A stretch of DNA of 64,000 nucleotides, taken from positions 17,197 through 81,196 of the forward strand of contig JAFSEY010000001.1 in assembly GCA_017435485.1 (NCBI GenBank), written 5' to 3'. This document shows positions 9,524-17,565 of the stretch, piece after piece (position 1 is the stretch's first letter; each line of letters opens with the position of its first letter). Position numbers and translations under genes: made by a program. The stretch is from Bacilli bacterium. Lineage in GTDB: Bacteria; Bacillota_I; Bacilli_A; RF39; UBA660. The notes under the pieces are model-generated. The model had not been told where the DNA came from and searched no databases. It saw only the letters and a list, made by a program, of their open reading frames with translations.

Positions 9524-9617
9524 AAAAAACTAACTATTTCTAGTTAGCATTTATTACTTAAACTCGAAAAGTTCGAGTTTCCTATCAATCTGGCACGGAA
9601 ATCGAACGGGTTTCCAA
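9524..9617. repeat. Junction J4 (terminator, AAACTCGAA/TTCGAGTTT repeat, TGGCAC core 9591-9596, TCGAAC)
   Basis: Same architecture as J1-J3. Confidence 0.6.
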
Positions 9618-9620
9618 ATT

Positions 9621-10214
9621 TTATCCAACTTGATTCAACCAATCCCTAATATTCATACATAACCTTTCAATATCATATGTACCCAATTCTCCACTGTGCA
9701 TAATCACATTTCTTGATCTATCTATAGTTGTAAATATTTGTTTTACCCATTCGATAGAAATAATAAAATCTTCGAACGATTCCAAATTATTATACATGAT
9801 GTTAGATAAATCCGTAATTTCTGTATAATTTATCAAGGACTCTCCTCTTTGATTATGCCACTTAATTTTATCTTCTTCGGCCTTTCGACTTTCAGCTTTT
9901 TTTCTTATTTTGTCAGACACACTATGCTCCCACCAATTTTCTCCATACTTTTCTTGCAAAATCTTCGTTACAAAATCCCTTGCACTATTTTCAAAAGAAG
10001 CTATTGCAACATAAACACTTGCCATCATTTTGGCTCTTTCAACTATATTTTGATCCATTCTATCTAGTGGGAGTTTTTTTAATGTTTCACCATTTAACAA
10101 CAAGTCAACTGTAGACGCATTACTTTTTTGTGCATTTGATACGTTTTTATCATCCAAAGATAATTTTGTTAAATTTCCTCTATAAACAAATGAATATAAA
10201 TCCATAATAATCAC
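9621..10214 (-). CDS. Swt1-like HEPN domain protein (putative RNase)
   Basis: AIASFENSARDFV...YGENWW, YTEITDLSNIM and RNVIMH (R-x4-H) motifs. Confidence 0.8.
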   Translation of the reverse strand: MIIMDLYSFVYRGNLTKLSLDDKNVSNAQKSNASTVDLLLNGETLKKLPLDRMDQNIVERAKMMASVYVAIASFENSARDFVTKILQEKYGENWWEHSVSDKIRKKAESRKAEEDKIKWHNQRGESLINYTEITDLSNIMYNNLESFEDFIISIEWVKQIFTTIDRSRNVIMHSGELGTYDIERLCMNIRDWLNQVG

Positions 10215-10847
10215 CTAATAAAGATTTTTTTTAATACTTTTAAAAATTGCATCATAAACCATATCATCCCTTGTTTCTGGTAAATGAATATGAATATCAT
10301 AATGTAAAGATGGCCCCATCTGAGCAACATTTAGTTGAAGATTATCCCTATTTATTTCTTCTTTTTGTGTATCGTTTTTTTCAATTGGTTCACCTACAGA
10401 TTGCATTGTATTTTCCAGCGGAATAGAAAAATCAGCTAAATCACATAAAGCTTTAAAAGTCATAGCCATTAAAGATAATACTTTGTCAGTTTTTTGTCCC
10501 TGAGTGAGTGTTTTAAATTTGTTTTTAACCTCACTAACATCTAACTTATTTGCAGATTTGTTAATATTAAATAGATCACTATATGCTTCCTTAATACCAT
10601 CGGCTAACACCTTTTTATATTTTGTTTGATCTAAAAATTCATAATATCTTTGTGTTGGTGCTCCATTATCATCTAACAATCCTAATGATTTAAATACACC
10701 TACAAACAGTCTATCATTTGAACTAGTAAAACCCAAGTCATTTAAAAACTTATAAGTGAATCTCTCTGGAGCCTGTGCTCCTAAAACTGAATTAATCAAA
10801 CTTTCTAAATTTTTAGTCGTAACTAAGTACGAAGTACATAATGCCAT
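10215..10847 (-). CDS. DUF5343 domain protein
   Basis: AQAPERFTYKFLNDLGF.SSNDR...LGLLD.NG.PT and C-terminal LHYDIHIHLP pattern. Confidence 0.75.
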   Translation of the reverse strand: MALCTSYLVTTKNLESLINSVLGAQAPERFTYKFLNDLGFTSSNDRLFVGVFKSLGLLDDNGAPTQRYYEFLDQTKYKKVLADGIKEAYSDLFNINKSANKLDVSEVKNKFKTLTQGQKTDKVLSLMAMTFKALCDLADFSIPLENTMQSVGEPIEKNDTQKEEINRDNLQLNVAQMGPSLHYDIHIHLPETRDDMVYDAIFKSIKKNLY

Positions 10848-10990
10848 AATATTTCCTCCTTTTAAATCAAAAATAGTTATTTTTTATAATATCACTATTT
10901 TAAACAATATGGAAGTTTTTATTATCAAACCCGTAATATTTATACTACAATGCATTAATATTACACTCCAAGCATCTTCAAAATATAAAT

Positions 10991-11025
10991 AAAAAAAGCA
11001 CTGTTTCTAATATAGAAACCGTGCT
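10991..11025 (-). terminator. Terminator downstream of the tRNA-Trp 3' end
   Basis: AGCAC-TGTTTCT...AGAAAC-CGTGCT hairpin with A7 on the plus strand. Confidence 0.7.
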
Positions 11026-11064
11026 AATGTATGTTACTCCATAATTTTGGAGTTTGTTTACTTC

Positions 11065-11108
11065 TGGCAGGGGCGGAGAGAATCGAACTCCCAACAGTGG
11101 TTTTGGAG
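11065..11108 (-). pseudogene. 3' half of host tRNA-Trp(CCA); ICE left junction
   Basis: Minus strand CTCCAAAACCACTGTTGGGAGTTCGATTCTCTCCGCCCCTGCCA: anticodon loop, T-arm, acceptor 3' strand and CCA, with no D-arm. Confidence 0.9.
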
Positions 11109-11213
11109 TAATTGATAAGTCAACTCCAAACACTTCAAAACCCCATAAATCCTAGTAAAACGACTTACAACAAATTACGAAATAAATCGGTTTACTAGGG
11201 TTTATTAGATTGA

Positions 11214-11234
11214 TTTGCCACCAAAAGTGCCACC
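11214..11234. promoter_or_regulatory. Putative integrase arm-type site (left end)
   Basis: TTTGCCACCAAAAGTGCCACC; near-copy at 46552-46572. Confidence 0.65.
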
Positions 11235-11373
11235 AGATGACTACTAAAACGACAACTATGGTCTTTTGGACTATATTACAATCTAATACCCATAACTTGA
11301 TACAAATTTAAACTCCAAACATTTTTGTTTTTTACAAAATATATTATATCACTTTTTATAATTATTTGGAATA

Positions 11374-12999
11374 CTATACCATTATTTTTTCTTGATAAAG
11401 CTCAATATCATCTATTGGCTTTAAATCAAAATAAGCACCATTAGATGCCGAAATAATGGTATCAATAAAAGCATCTAATTGTTCCTTATTTAATGATTCT
11501 ATAAAACTAGCTATATCTTTTAACTTTGGATCTAATTCAAATAAATAATTTCTTGCAACACTAACTGCTTTTGGTAAAGATAATGTATCAATAGGTTCAC
11601 CCATTAATTGATCTAGAGCAGAATAAATCTTATCCATATCAGTTAAGTTAATACCTGTTATGATTGAATATACACTTAAAAGATTATCCTTTATATCTTT
11701 TTCTTTATTTGTTATAAATTTAGCATATTCAGATTTATTCTCACTAATAGATAATGTAAGCTCTAAATAATCAGTTATCTTTTCATCTTGCACCATACTA
11801 CTATGAGTATATATCTTTAAAGTAGTAGCAGGTTCCGAATGACCTAATCTACGAGCAACATCTTGTAGTGGAACTCCAATAGACAATAAATAAGTAGCAT
11901 GGCTATGTCTTATATCATGTATAGTAATTTTTCTTAATTTATTTTGAGAAACAAACTTATTCCATTCTTTAGTAAGATAATTTGGATCCCAAACTTTTTC
12001 AGCATCTAAAGTTTTAAATATATAATCTTCATCAGTAGGATTGAATCCATTTTTTATTTGTTCTTCTTTATACTTCATTAACAAATCATAACAATCCATA
12101 ATGACACTAATATCTCTTTTACTTTTATCAGTTTTAAGTTTTTTACATACAAGACCATTGCTTAACTTTTCTATAATATCTTCTTCATTTATATTTTCAT
12201 CAGTTACACGAATAATCTCTCTTCTAACTGCAAGATGAAACTTTTTCTTTACTTCTCTTATACCTTTAACAAATACAGGTTTAGATATAATTTTTAAATC
12301 TTTCCATTTAAGACCAATTAATTCACCTCTACGAAGTCCTGTATTAAACAACAAATAAATAGCACAACGAAATCTCAAATTACATGGCTCTAATAAATCA
12401 AAAGTAGTAAGCATTTCTTCATAACCATAATATTCTCGTTCTTGACTATTATATGTTGGTGCATCAAGAACATAGTCTGCAGGATTTGAAAGAATCCATT
12501 TTTTCTTTTTAGCATAGTTATACATTGATTTAATTAATTTATGAACATGAGTAATATATGTTTCAGTAAGTGGCTCACCAGTTTTTGGATTAATACTTTT
12601 TCTCATTTTAGCATATAAGTTTTCTAAATCTGATTCTTCAATATTTCTTATTTTATTATCCCCAAGCTCTGGTAGTATCCAATTATTTAATAAATTCTTA
12701 TATCCCTGAATAGTAGTTGGGGATCTTTTTTTGTATTTAGTATCATTAAGATAAAATTCAGCAAGTTGAGTTAATGTATAGCCACTATTTTGTTCTTTAA
12801 GACCTTCATCTTTTTTCTTCTTTTGAAGTTCTTTAATTTCATCTCTACGAGCAATAGCATCATCTTCAGTACCATATATTCTTTCTACAATTCTATCACG
12901 AGTCCCATCATCACGAAAGCCATTACTGACTTCGATTCTATAAACACCATCGGCTTCCTTATAAATATTTTTTAAACGATTATCTTTAATTTTTCCTAT
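11374..12999 (-). CDS. int: Tyrosine integrase (ICEBs1/Tn916-like), probable ATA start, ~541 aa
   Basis: TGLRRGELIGLKW, HDIRHSHAT, LGHS..TTLKIY. Frame is open 131 codons upstream of the track start, encoding an arm-binding-like domain (GVYRIEVSNGF...); SD AGGTGG 7 nt before ATA 12999. Confidence 0.92.
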   Translation of the reverse strand: MGKIKDNRLKNIYKEADGVYRIEVSNGFRDDGTRDRIVERIYGTEDDAIARRDEIKELQKKKKDEGLKEQNSGYTLTQLAEFYLNDTKYKKRSPTTIQGYKNLLNNWILPELGDNKIRNIEESDLENLYAKMRKSINPKTGEPLTETYITHVHKLIKSMYNYAKKKKWILSNPADYVLDAPTYNSQEREYYGYEEMLTTFDLLEPCNLRFRCAIYLLFNTGLRRGELIGLKWKDLKIISKPVFVKGIREVKKKFHLAVRREIIRVTDENINEEDIIEKLSNGLVCKKLKTDKSKRDISVIMDCYDLLMKYKEEQIKNGFNPTDEDYIFKTLDAEKVWDPNYLTKEWNKFVSQNKLRKITIHDIRHSHATYLLSIGVPLQDVARRLGHSEPATTLKIYTHSSMVQDEKITDYLELTLSISENKSEYAKFITNKEKDIKDNLLSVYSIITGINLTDMDKIYSALDQLMGEPIDTLSLPKAVSVARNYLFELDPKLKDIASFIESLNKEQLDAFIDTIISASNGAYFDLKPIDDIELYQEKIMV

Positions 13000-13010
13000 A
13001 CTAACACCAC

Positions 13011-13319
13011 CTAAACAAATTTAGTTCTAGTATTATTACTTTTAGGAGTTATATTTTTAATTTCACTAGAATTATTATTTTTTAATTCGTTAATATATTT
13101 TTCAATATCTTTTGAATCATAAAAATTTAATTTTCCTCTTTTAATAACAGGTATTAATCCTCGCTTAACTGCATCATTTAAACCATAAGATGTAAGTATA
13201 GGATATAATTCTATAACTTCTTTTGCTTTTAATAAACGATTGCTTTCACTAGAATTAATACAATTTTGATTTTGATATTTCTTTATAATTGTTCCAATTT
13301 CAATTAACATATCACCCAA
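13011..13319 (-). CDS. xis: Excisionase-like winged HTH protein
   Basis: LLKAKEV..LYP...GLIPVIKRGKLNFY...DIEKYI; directly upstream of int. Confidence 0.7.
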   Translation of the reverse strand: MGDMLIEIGTIIKKYQNQNCINSSESNRLLKAKEVIELYPILTSYGLNDAVKRGLIPVIKRGKLNFYDSKDIEKYINELKNNNSSEIKNITPKSNNTRTKFV

Positions 13320-13362
13320 ATTATTATTCAGTATACATTCCTCTTATAATCATCACTCCTTA

Positions 13363-14103
13363 TTAAATATTAATTTTAGAAAGATTATATTCTTTAATTT
13401 TTTCTAGATATTCATCAGGCATATTTTGAAATAAATAATCCTCAAAATATTCAATCCAATTGTCTTTAAAAGAATAGTAATCTTTATCAAATGTTTCTAA
13501 TGAATTCCATCTTGTATTCATGTCCTCAGCATACCAATCATCATATTTATCAAGTTTATTTATGGCATCCTTAACATTTGAAAATGCATCTAATATTCCT
13601 AAAAATCTATCTTTTTTAGAATAATCACTTTTAGTTAAGAATTCTTGTAAATCTTCTAAATCTTCACTATAACCATTACAATCCCATTGCATTAAACCAC
13701 CATTTTCAACTTGATAATTAAAGTTACCAAACTTAACTGCAAGTTTTTCATAATCTGATAATTTAGATAAAAACTCATCTCTAGACATAGAATTGTTTTT
13801 CCATATATCATAAGATTGATCCATAATGAAAGACCAAAGACTATCAATATCTTTTAACACATCTTTTTTAACAACATCTTTTATAATTTTCTTTTTATCT
13901 TTTAAATAATCAGTCATAGAAAGAGAATCATTGTCGGCTATAAACTCATTAACCAACATTATATCCTCATTAGTAAATTCTAAATCATAATCGCTATCCA
14001 TTAAATCAGCACAAAACTTTGTTAATATTTTTGCATCAATGTTGGTAGATGTTTTATGTAGAAAGTAAACAACATTTTTTATATATTCTTTTTTATTATC
14101 TAT
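13363..14103 (-). CDS. DMP19/DUF4375-like acidic protein (possible DNA mimic)
   Basis: FNYQVENGGLMQW..NGY motif; highly acidic; GGAGG + 8 nt + ATA 14103 in frame. Confidence 0.6.
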   Translation of the reverse strand: MDNKKEYIKNVVYFLHKTSTNIDAKILTKFCADLMDSDYDLEFTNEDIMLVNEFIADNDSLSMTDYLKDKKKIIKDVVKKDVLKDIDSLWSFIMDQSYDIWKNNSMSRDEFLSKLSDYEKLAVKFGNFNYQVENGGLMQWDCNGYSEDLEDLQEFLTKSDYSKKDRFLGILDAFSNVKDAINKLDKYDDWYAEDMNTRWNSLETFDKDYYSFKDNWIEYFEDYLFQNMPDEYLEKIKEYNLSKINI

Positions 14104-14106
14104 AAA

Positions 14107-14262
14107 TTATTCCTCCTCAAAAAATTTATCCCATTGTTTTTTATCAAAATATCTACGATGGTATAAAATATATTCTTTATTAGCTTTATTAGGGAATACC
14201 ACTACATAGCGATATCCCCAAAATTTAATCCATTTCCATTTTAACTTTGACATATTTCTCAT
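14107..14262 (-). CDS. Small hypothetical protein (51 aa, MRNMSKLKWKW...)
   Basis: ATG overlaps the upstream stop; the end overlaps the next SD; not in the ORF track. Confidence 0.45.
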   Translation of the reverse strand: MRNMSKLKWKWIKFWGYRYVVVFPNKANKEYILYHRRYFDKKQWDKFFEEE

Positions 14263-15299
14263 ATACTAACTGATTCCTTATTTTCAGCATATAATCCAAA
14301 TTCACGATCATAAAACTTTTCAAAATTATTTATGATTCTTTTACTATAATTAACAATAGTATTTAATGAATCATCAATTTCTTTAAAGTCTTTTTCTTTA
14401 CTCCAAGCATACAAATAAGAAAGTGAATAATCACTTGGATTCATATCTAAATATTTAGATACAACATATGCAATTGACTCGGCTTCAGTTTCATATTGAT
14501 TACGATGCTCTTGGTAATCACGATGATTATTTTCAAGATGCTTATGTGCAAGTGCATGAGCATATTCATGAATTAATACTTTCATTTGCATTAAACTACC
14601 TAAACCTTTTCTAACAACAATAGTATGATTAGAGTGGTCACAATATCCTTTAGTGCCTCCCTCTAATTCTTTGAATTCAACTTTAAATCCGTCATTATAA
14701 ATAGTTTTAATAAAACAATCCATTATATCTTCGGCTTTTCTATCATTAATGACAGGGTTAAGTTCTGCATCAATAATATCCATAGGAATAGTAGTATCTT
14801 TTACATCAAATACATTTCCTAAACTAAATCCTGATAATTTTTGTTTATAGAATGTGATAGTGTCATCGTTTTTATCTTTATATTTTTTCTTTTCATCATC
14901 AGTTAATAAGAAGTATGGTTTATACTCATACTTCTCATCACCAATTTTAATTTTTGCTAAATTATAAAAATTAGGAATAAATATTTTTATTCCCTTACTA
15001 TCTTTATTTAACATATAACCCATATCTTTAATTGTTTTAAAAGCTGTCACATATTCAGCATCAGGTTTTTGCACCCATATTAACATTTGGTTATTAAATG
15101 AATAATTATTAAAGTTAATTATATTATCTAAAAACTTTTTGATATCAGATTCATCTTTGAATTTTAGAACTGCCTCTTTTTTTAAATCATACAAAATCTC
15201 TTTTAATTCACTTTCTATATTATCTTTTTCTTTTTCATCTTTGGCTTTGCAAAATTCAAAACCAAGTTCATTAATCTTTTTTAATTTTTCTTCAATTAT
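14259..15299 (-). CDS. ardC: ArdC-like ssDNA-binding protein with metallopeptidase-like domain
   Basis: FNNYSFNNQMLIWVQKPDA...GIKIFIP; HEYAH...ETEAESIAYVV; GGAGG + 8 nt + ATA 15299. Confidence 0.75.
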   Translation of the reverse strand: MIEEKLKKINELGFEFCKAKDEKEKDNIESELKEILYDLKKEAVLKFKDESDIKKFLDNIINFNNYSFNNQMLIWVQKPDAEYVTAFKTIKDMGYMLNKDSKGIKIFIPNFYNLAKIKIGDEKYEYKPYFLLTDDEKKKYKDKNDDTITFYKQKLSGFSLGNVFDVKDTTIPMDIIDAELNPVINDRKAEDIMDCFIKTIYNDGFKVEFKELEGGTKGYCDHSNHTIVVRKGLGSLMQMKVLIHEYAHALAHKHLENNHRDYQEHRNQYETEAESIAYVVSKYLDMNPSDYSLSYLYAWSKEKDFKEIDDSLNTIVNYSKRIINNFEKFYDREFGLYAENKESVSI

Positions 15300-15311
15300 A
15301 AATTATCCCTC

Positions 15312-15866
15312 CTAAATTCTAACATTATATAATTCATAAAAAGAATATGAATTATAATTTATATTACCCAATTTATCCATATCATTTGATATAGGTACAT
15401 CAAAAGAGCCAAAAGACCTATCAACGATATCATAAGCCAAATCTATCTTTTCATAATAGCCATCTTTATTTAATCTTGATAAAAGTATTTTATTTTCATA
15501 ATCAACACTATAATAAATATCAAACTCCCAATCATCAATATTAACCATATCATTTATATCTCTAACTACTTGATATATTAATTTTTCTATTGAATTATAA
15601 TCATTATTAGTTATAGCTTTAAATTTTTGTCTATTAACAAATAACTTAAAATCATCATCATAACTTTCCCAAAAACTACTTTTTGCTAAATAATTTTCAG
15701 CATAATTTCTTGCCACTTCAATTTCTTCATCAGTAAGGTCACTAACATTTTCATGCAATACGAAAGCATAATGATTTAATAAATCAATAGTCATACGATC
15801 AGTTCTATCCATAAAATATGTTTCAGAAACCAATTTTCTTATTTCATCATTTGTAAATTTTTCTAT
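15312..15866 (-). CDS. Hypothetical ICE protein
   Basis: GGAGG + 6 nt + ATA 15866 in frame with the track ORF. Confidence 0.7.
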   Translation of the reverse strand: MEKFTNDEIRKLVSETYFMDRTDRMTIDLLNHYAFVLHENVSDLTDEEIEVARNYAENYLAKSSFWESYDDDFKLFVNRQKFKAITNNDYNSIEKLIYQVVRDINDMVNIDDWEFDIYYSVDYENKILLSRLNKDGYYEKIDLAYDIVDRSFGSFDVPISNDMDKLGNINYNSYSFYELYNVRI

Positions 15867-15877
15867 AAAATTCCTCC

Positions 15878-16591
15878 TTATATTTTTATATCAATAATTT
15901 TTTCAGTTTTTAAATTATAAATTTTGTTAAAATCTACAATTAATTCTTTTTCGTTTCTTTCATCAAAATAGGCAATAATATCATCTTTCTTAATAGTAGC
16001 TTGTAATACATATCCATTATTATCAAATCTTTTTGCAAACCATAAAGCTGATTGATAATCATCAGTCCAAGACAAAGCTTTAGAATTATTTCTTTTATGA
16101 GTACCACGATAGATAGTTATTTCATCTGGTAGAGTTTTTAATTTTAATAATTCTGATTTAGTCATAATTGATTTTTTATCTGTATTCTTAAACATATCTA
16201 ATGATTCATCAACTGAAACATTTTTATCTGCATTAGGAAATTCGGTTAAATACCAAATCTCCTTTAAGCAGTTATTATAAGTTTTTTTAGAAATATAATC
16301 TTTATTAATTTTAAAAAATAATAATTGATATGGTCTATTAACCATCGGTAGTATATCTTCAAAAGATTTAGCCTCATTAATGTATTTTGTTTTTTGTTCA
16401 ATTAATTCAAAGTATTTATCTTTATCCTCAAAAATATCTATAAATCCTAATGAGCCATCTTTATTTTTAAATGGTGCAGGATTTTGTGCGATGAATGGAT
16501 GATAAATTATAAAAGGAAATTCTTTATTTGCAACAGGTTTAAAGTTAAGCATTATTCTTGCATTGTCTTTAATAATTTCTAAATTATCTAT
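15878..16591 (-). CDS. Hypothetical protein with ADP-ribosyltransferase-like R-S-E motifs
   Basis: TIYRG, ALSWT, RNEKELIV in the canonical order; GGAGG + 8 nt + ATA 16591. Confidence 0.5.
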   Translation of the reverse strand: MDNLEIIKDNARIMLNFKPVANKEFPFIIYHPFIAQNPAPFKNKDGSLGFIDIFEDKDKYFELIEQKTKYINEAKSFEDILPMVNRPYQLLFFKINKDYISKKTYNNCLKEIWYLTEFPNADKNVSVDESLDMFKNTDKKSIMTKSELLKLKTLPDEITIYRGTHKRNNSKALSWTDDYQSALWFAKRFDNNGYVLQATIKKDDIIAYFDERNEKELIVDFNKIYNLKTEKIIDIKI

Positions 16592-16603
16592 AAATTATTC
16601 CTC

Positions 16604-17296
16604 CTAAATCTTAATATCATTATGATTCATTTCTATATCATAAACTAATTCTTCATTAATAAATTTATTTAATTTTTCTTGCATATCTAACATTAGAGTT
16701 ACTTCGTTTTCTAAATTAGGTTTAGTTTCTTCAAAAGTTAAATGGTCTATATTCCCATAACCATGTTTATTATATCTATAACCAATTTTTCCATTTAAGA
16801 TAATCATGTCACAACTATATTGTTCATCTTCATCAAAAAAAGATGCTAATTCGTAATAATCCTCATAATCAAGATCACTAGCATCCAATTCAATTCTTCT
16901 TAAATCTTCCATACTTTTATAGGTATCAAATTTAAAATGTCTTTCATAATTTAAATCATCTTTAAATAAATACTTTATTTGTTTATAAACATGGTCAACT
17001 GCAGAATCATAATCATCACATTTAAAATATTTAGCCTTAGAGTATGCCTCGTCATCAAACATATTATTTGAATTAATGTTTTTATCATTACCAAGCACCA
17101 CCATAATATTATCACTATTTCTACATTCACAAGCCCAAACAATAAAGTCTTTATCATCTTTATGAATGGTTAAAACTAATCCTTGTTCACGATTATTATT
17201 AAACAATTCATAGTAACCATTTAATCTATTATTTCCAAGTTTATTTTCTAATGTTTCAAAAAACTTTTCACTAACCTGAATACTTCTTAATTTTAT
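16604..17296 (-). CDS. Hypothetical ICE protein
   Basis: Frame open to ATA 17296; start uncertain. Confidence 0.65.
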   Translation of the reverse strand: MKLRSIQVSEKFFETLENKLGNNRLNGYYELFNNNREQGLVLTIHKDDKDFIVWACECRNSDNIMVVLGNDKNINSNNMFDDEAYSKAKYFKCDDYDSAVDHVYKQIKYLFKDDLNYERHFKFDTYKSMEDLRRIELDASDLDYEDYYELASFFDEDEQYSCDMIILNGKIGYRYNKHGYGNIDHLTFEETKPNLENEVTLMLDMQEKLNKFINEELVYDIEMNHNDIKI

Positions 17297-17301
17297 AAAA
17301 C

Positions 17302-17553
17302 TTATATTTTAACCTCCATATCTATATTATCTTTTGGCTTTTCAATTATTTCAAAAGCGTCCTCACTTTCGATAAGAGCGAGAGTACGACCATCATCCCA
17401 AGTCATTTGAATTTGACCTGCATCATCAACATAGTCAACAGTCCCTAGTGTACCACAGGCAACACCATAATCATCAGCCATATGGTGCAATCTGATTCTT
17501 GTCCCTGTAGGGTATTTATTTTTTATTCTTTCAACTTGCTTTTCATTTAACAT
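17302..17553 (-). CDS. DUF4314 domain protein
   Basis: YPTGTRIRL..M.D...GTLGTVDYVDDAGQI..TWDDGRTLALI. Confidence 0.85.
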   Translation of the reverse strand: MLNEKQVERIKNKYPTGTRIRLHHMADDYGVACGTLGTVDYVDDAGQIQMTWDDGRTLALIESEDAFEIIEKPKDNIDMEVKI

Positions 17554-17565
17554 TTAATTCCTCCT

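Noticed and set aside
1089-9603. TGGCAC junction cores as sigma-54 promoters
   Set aside because: No TTGC at the required GG-N10-GC spacing; the closest case (9098) is 2 nt short.
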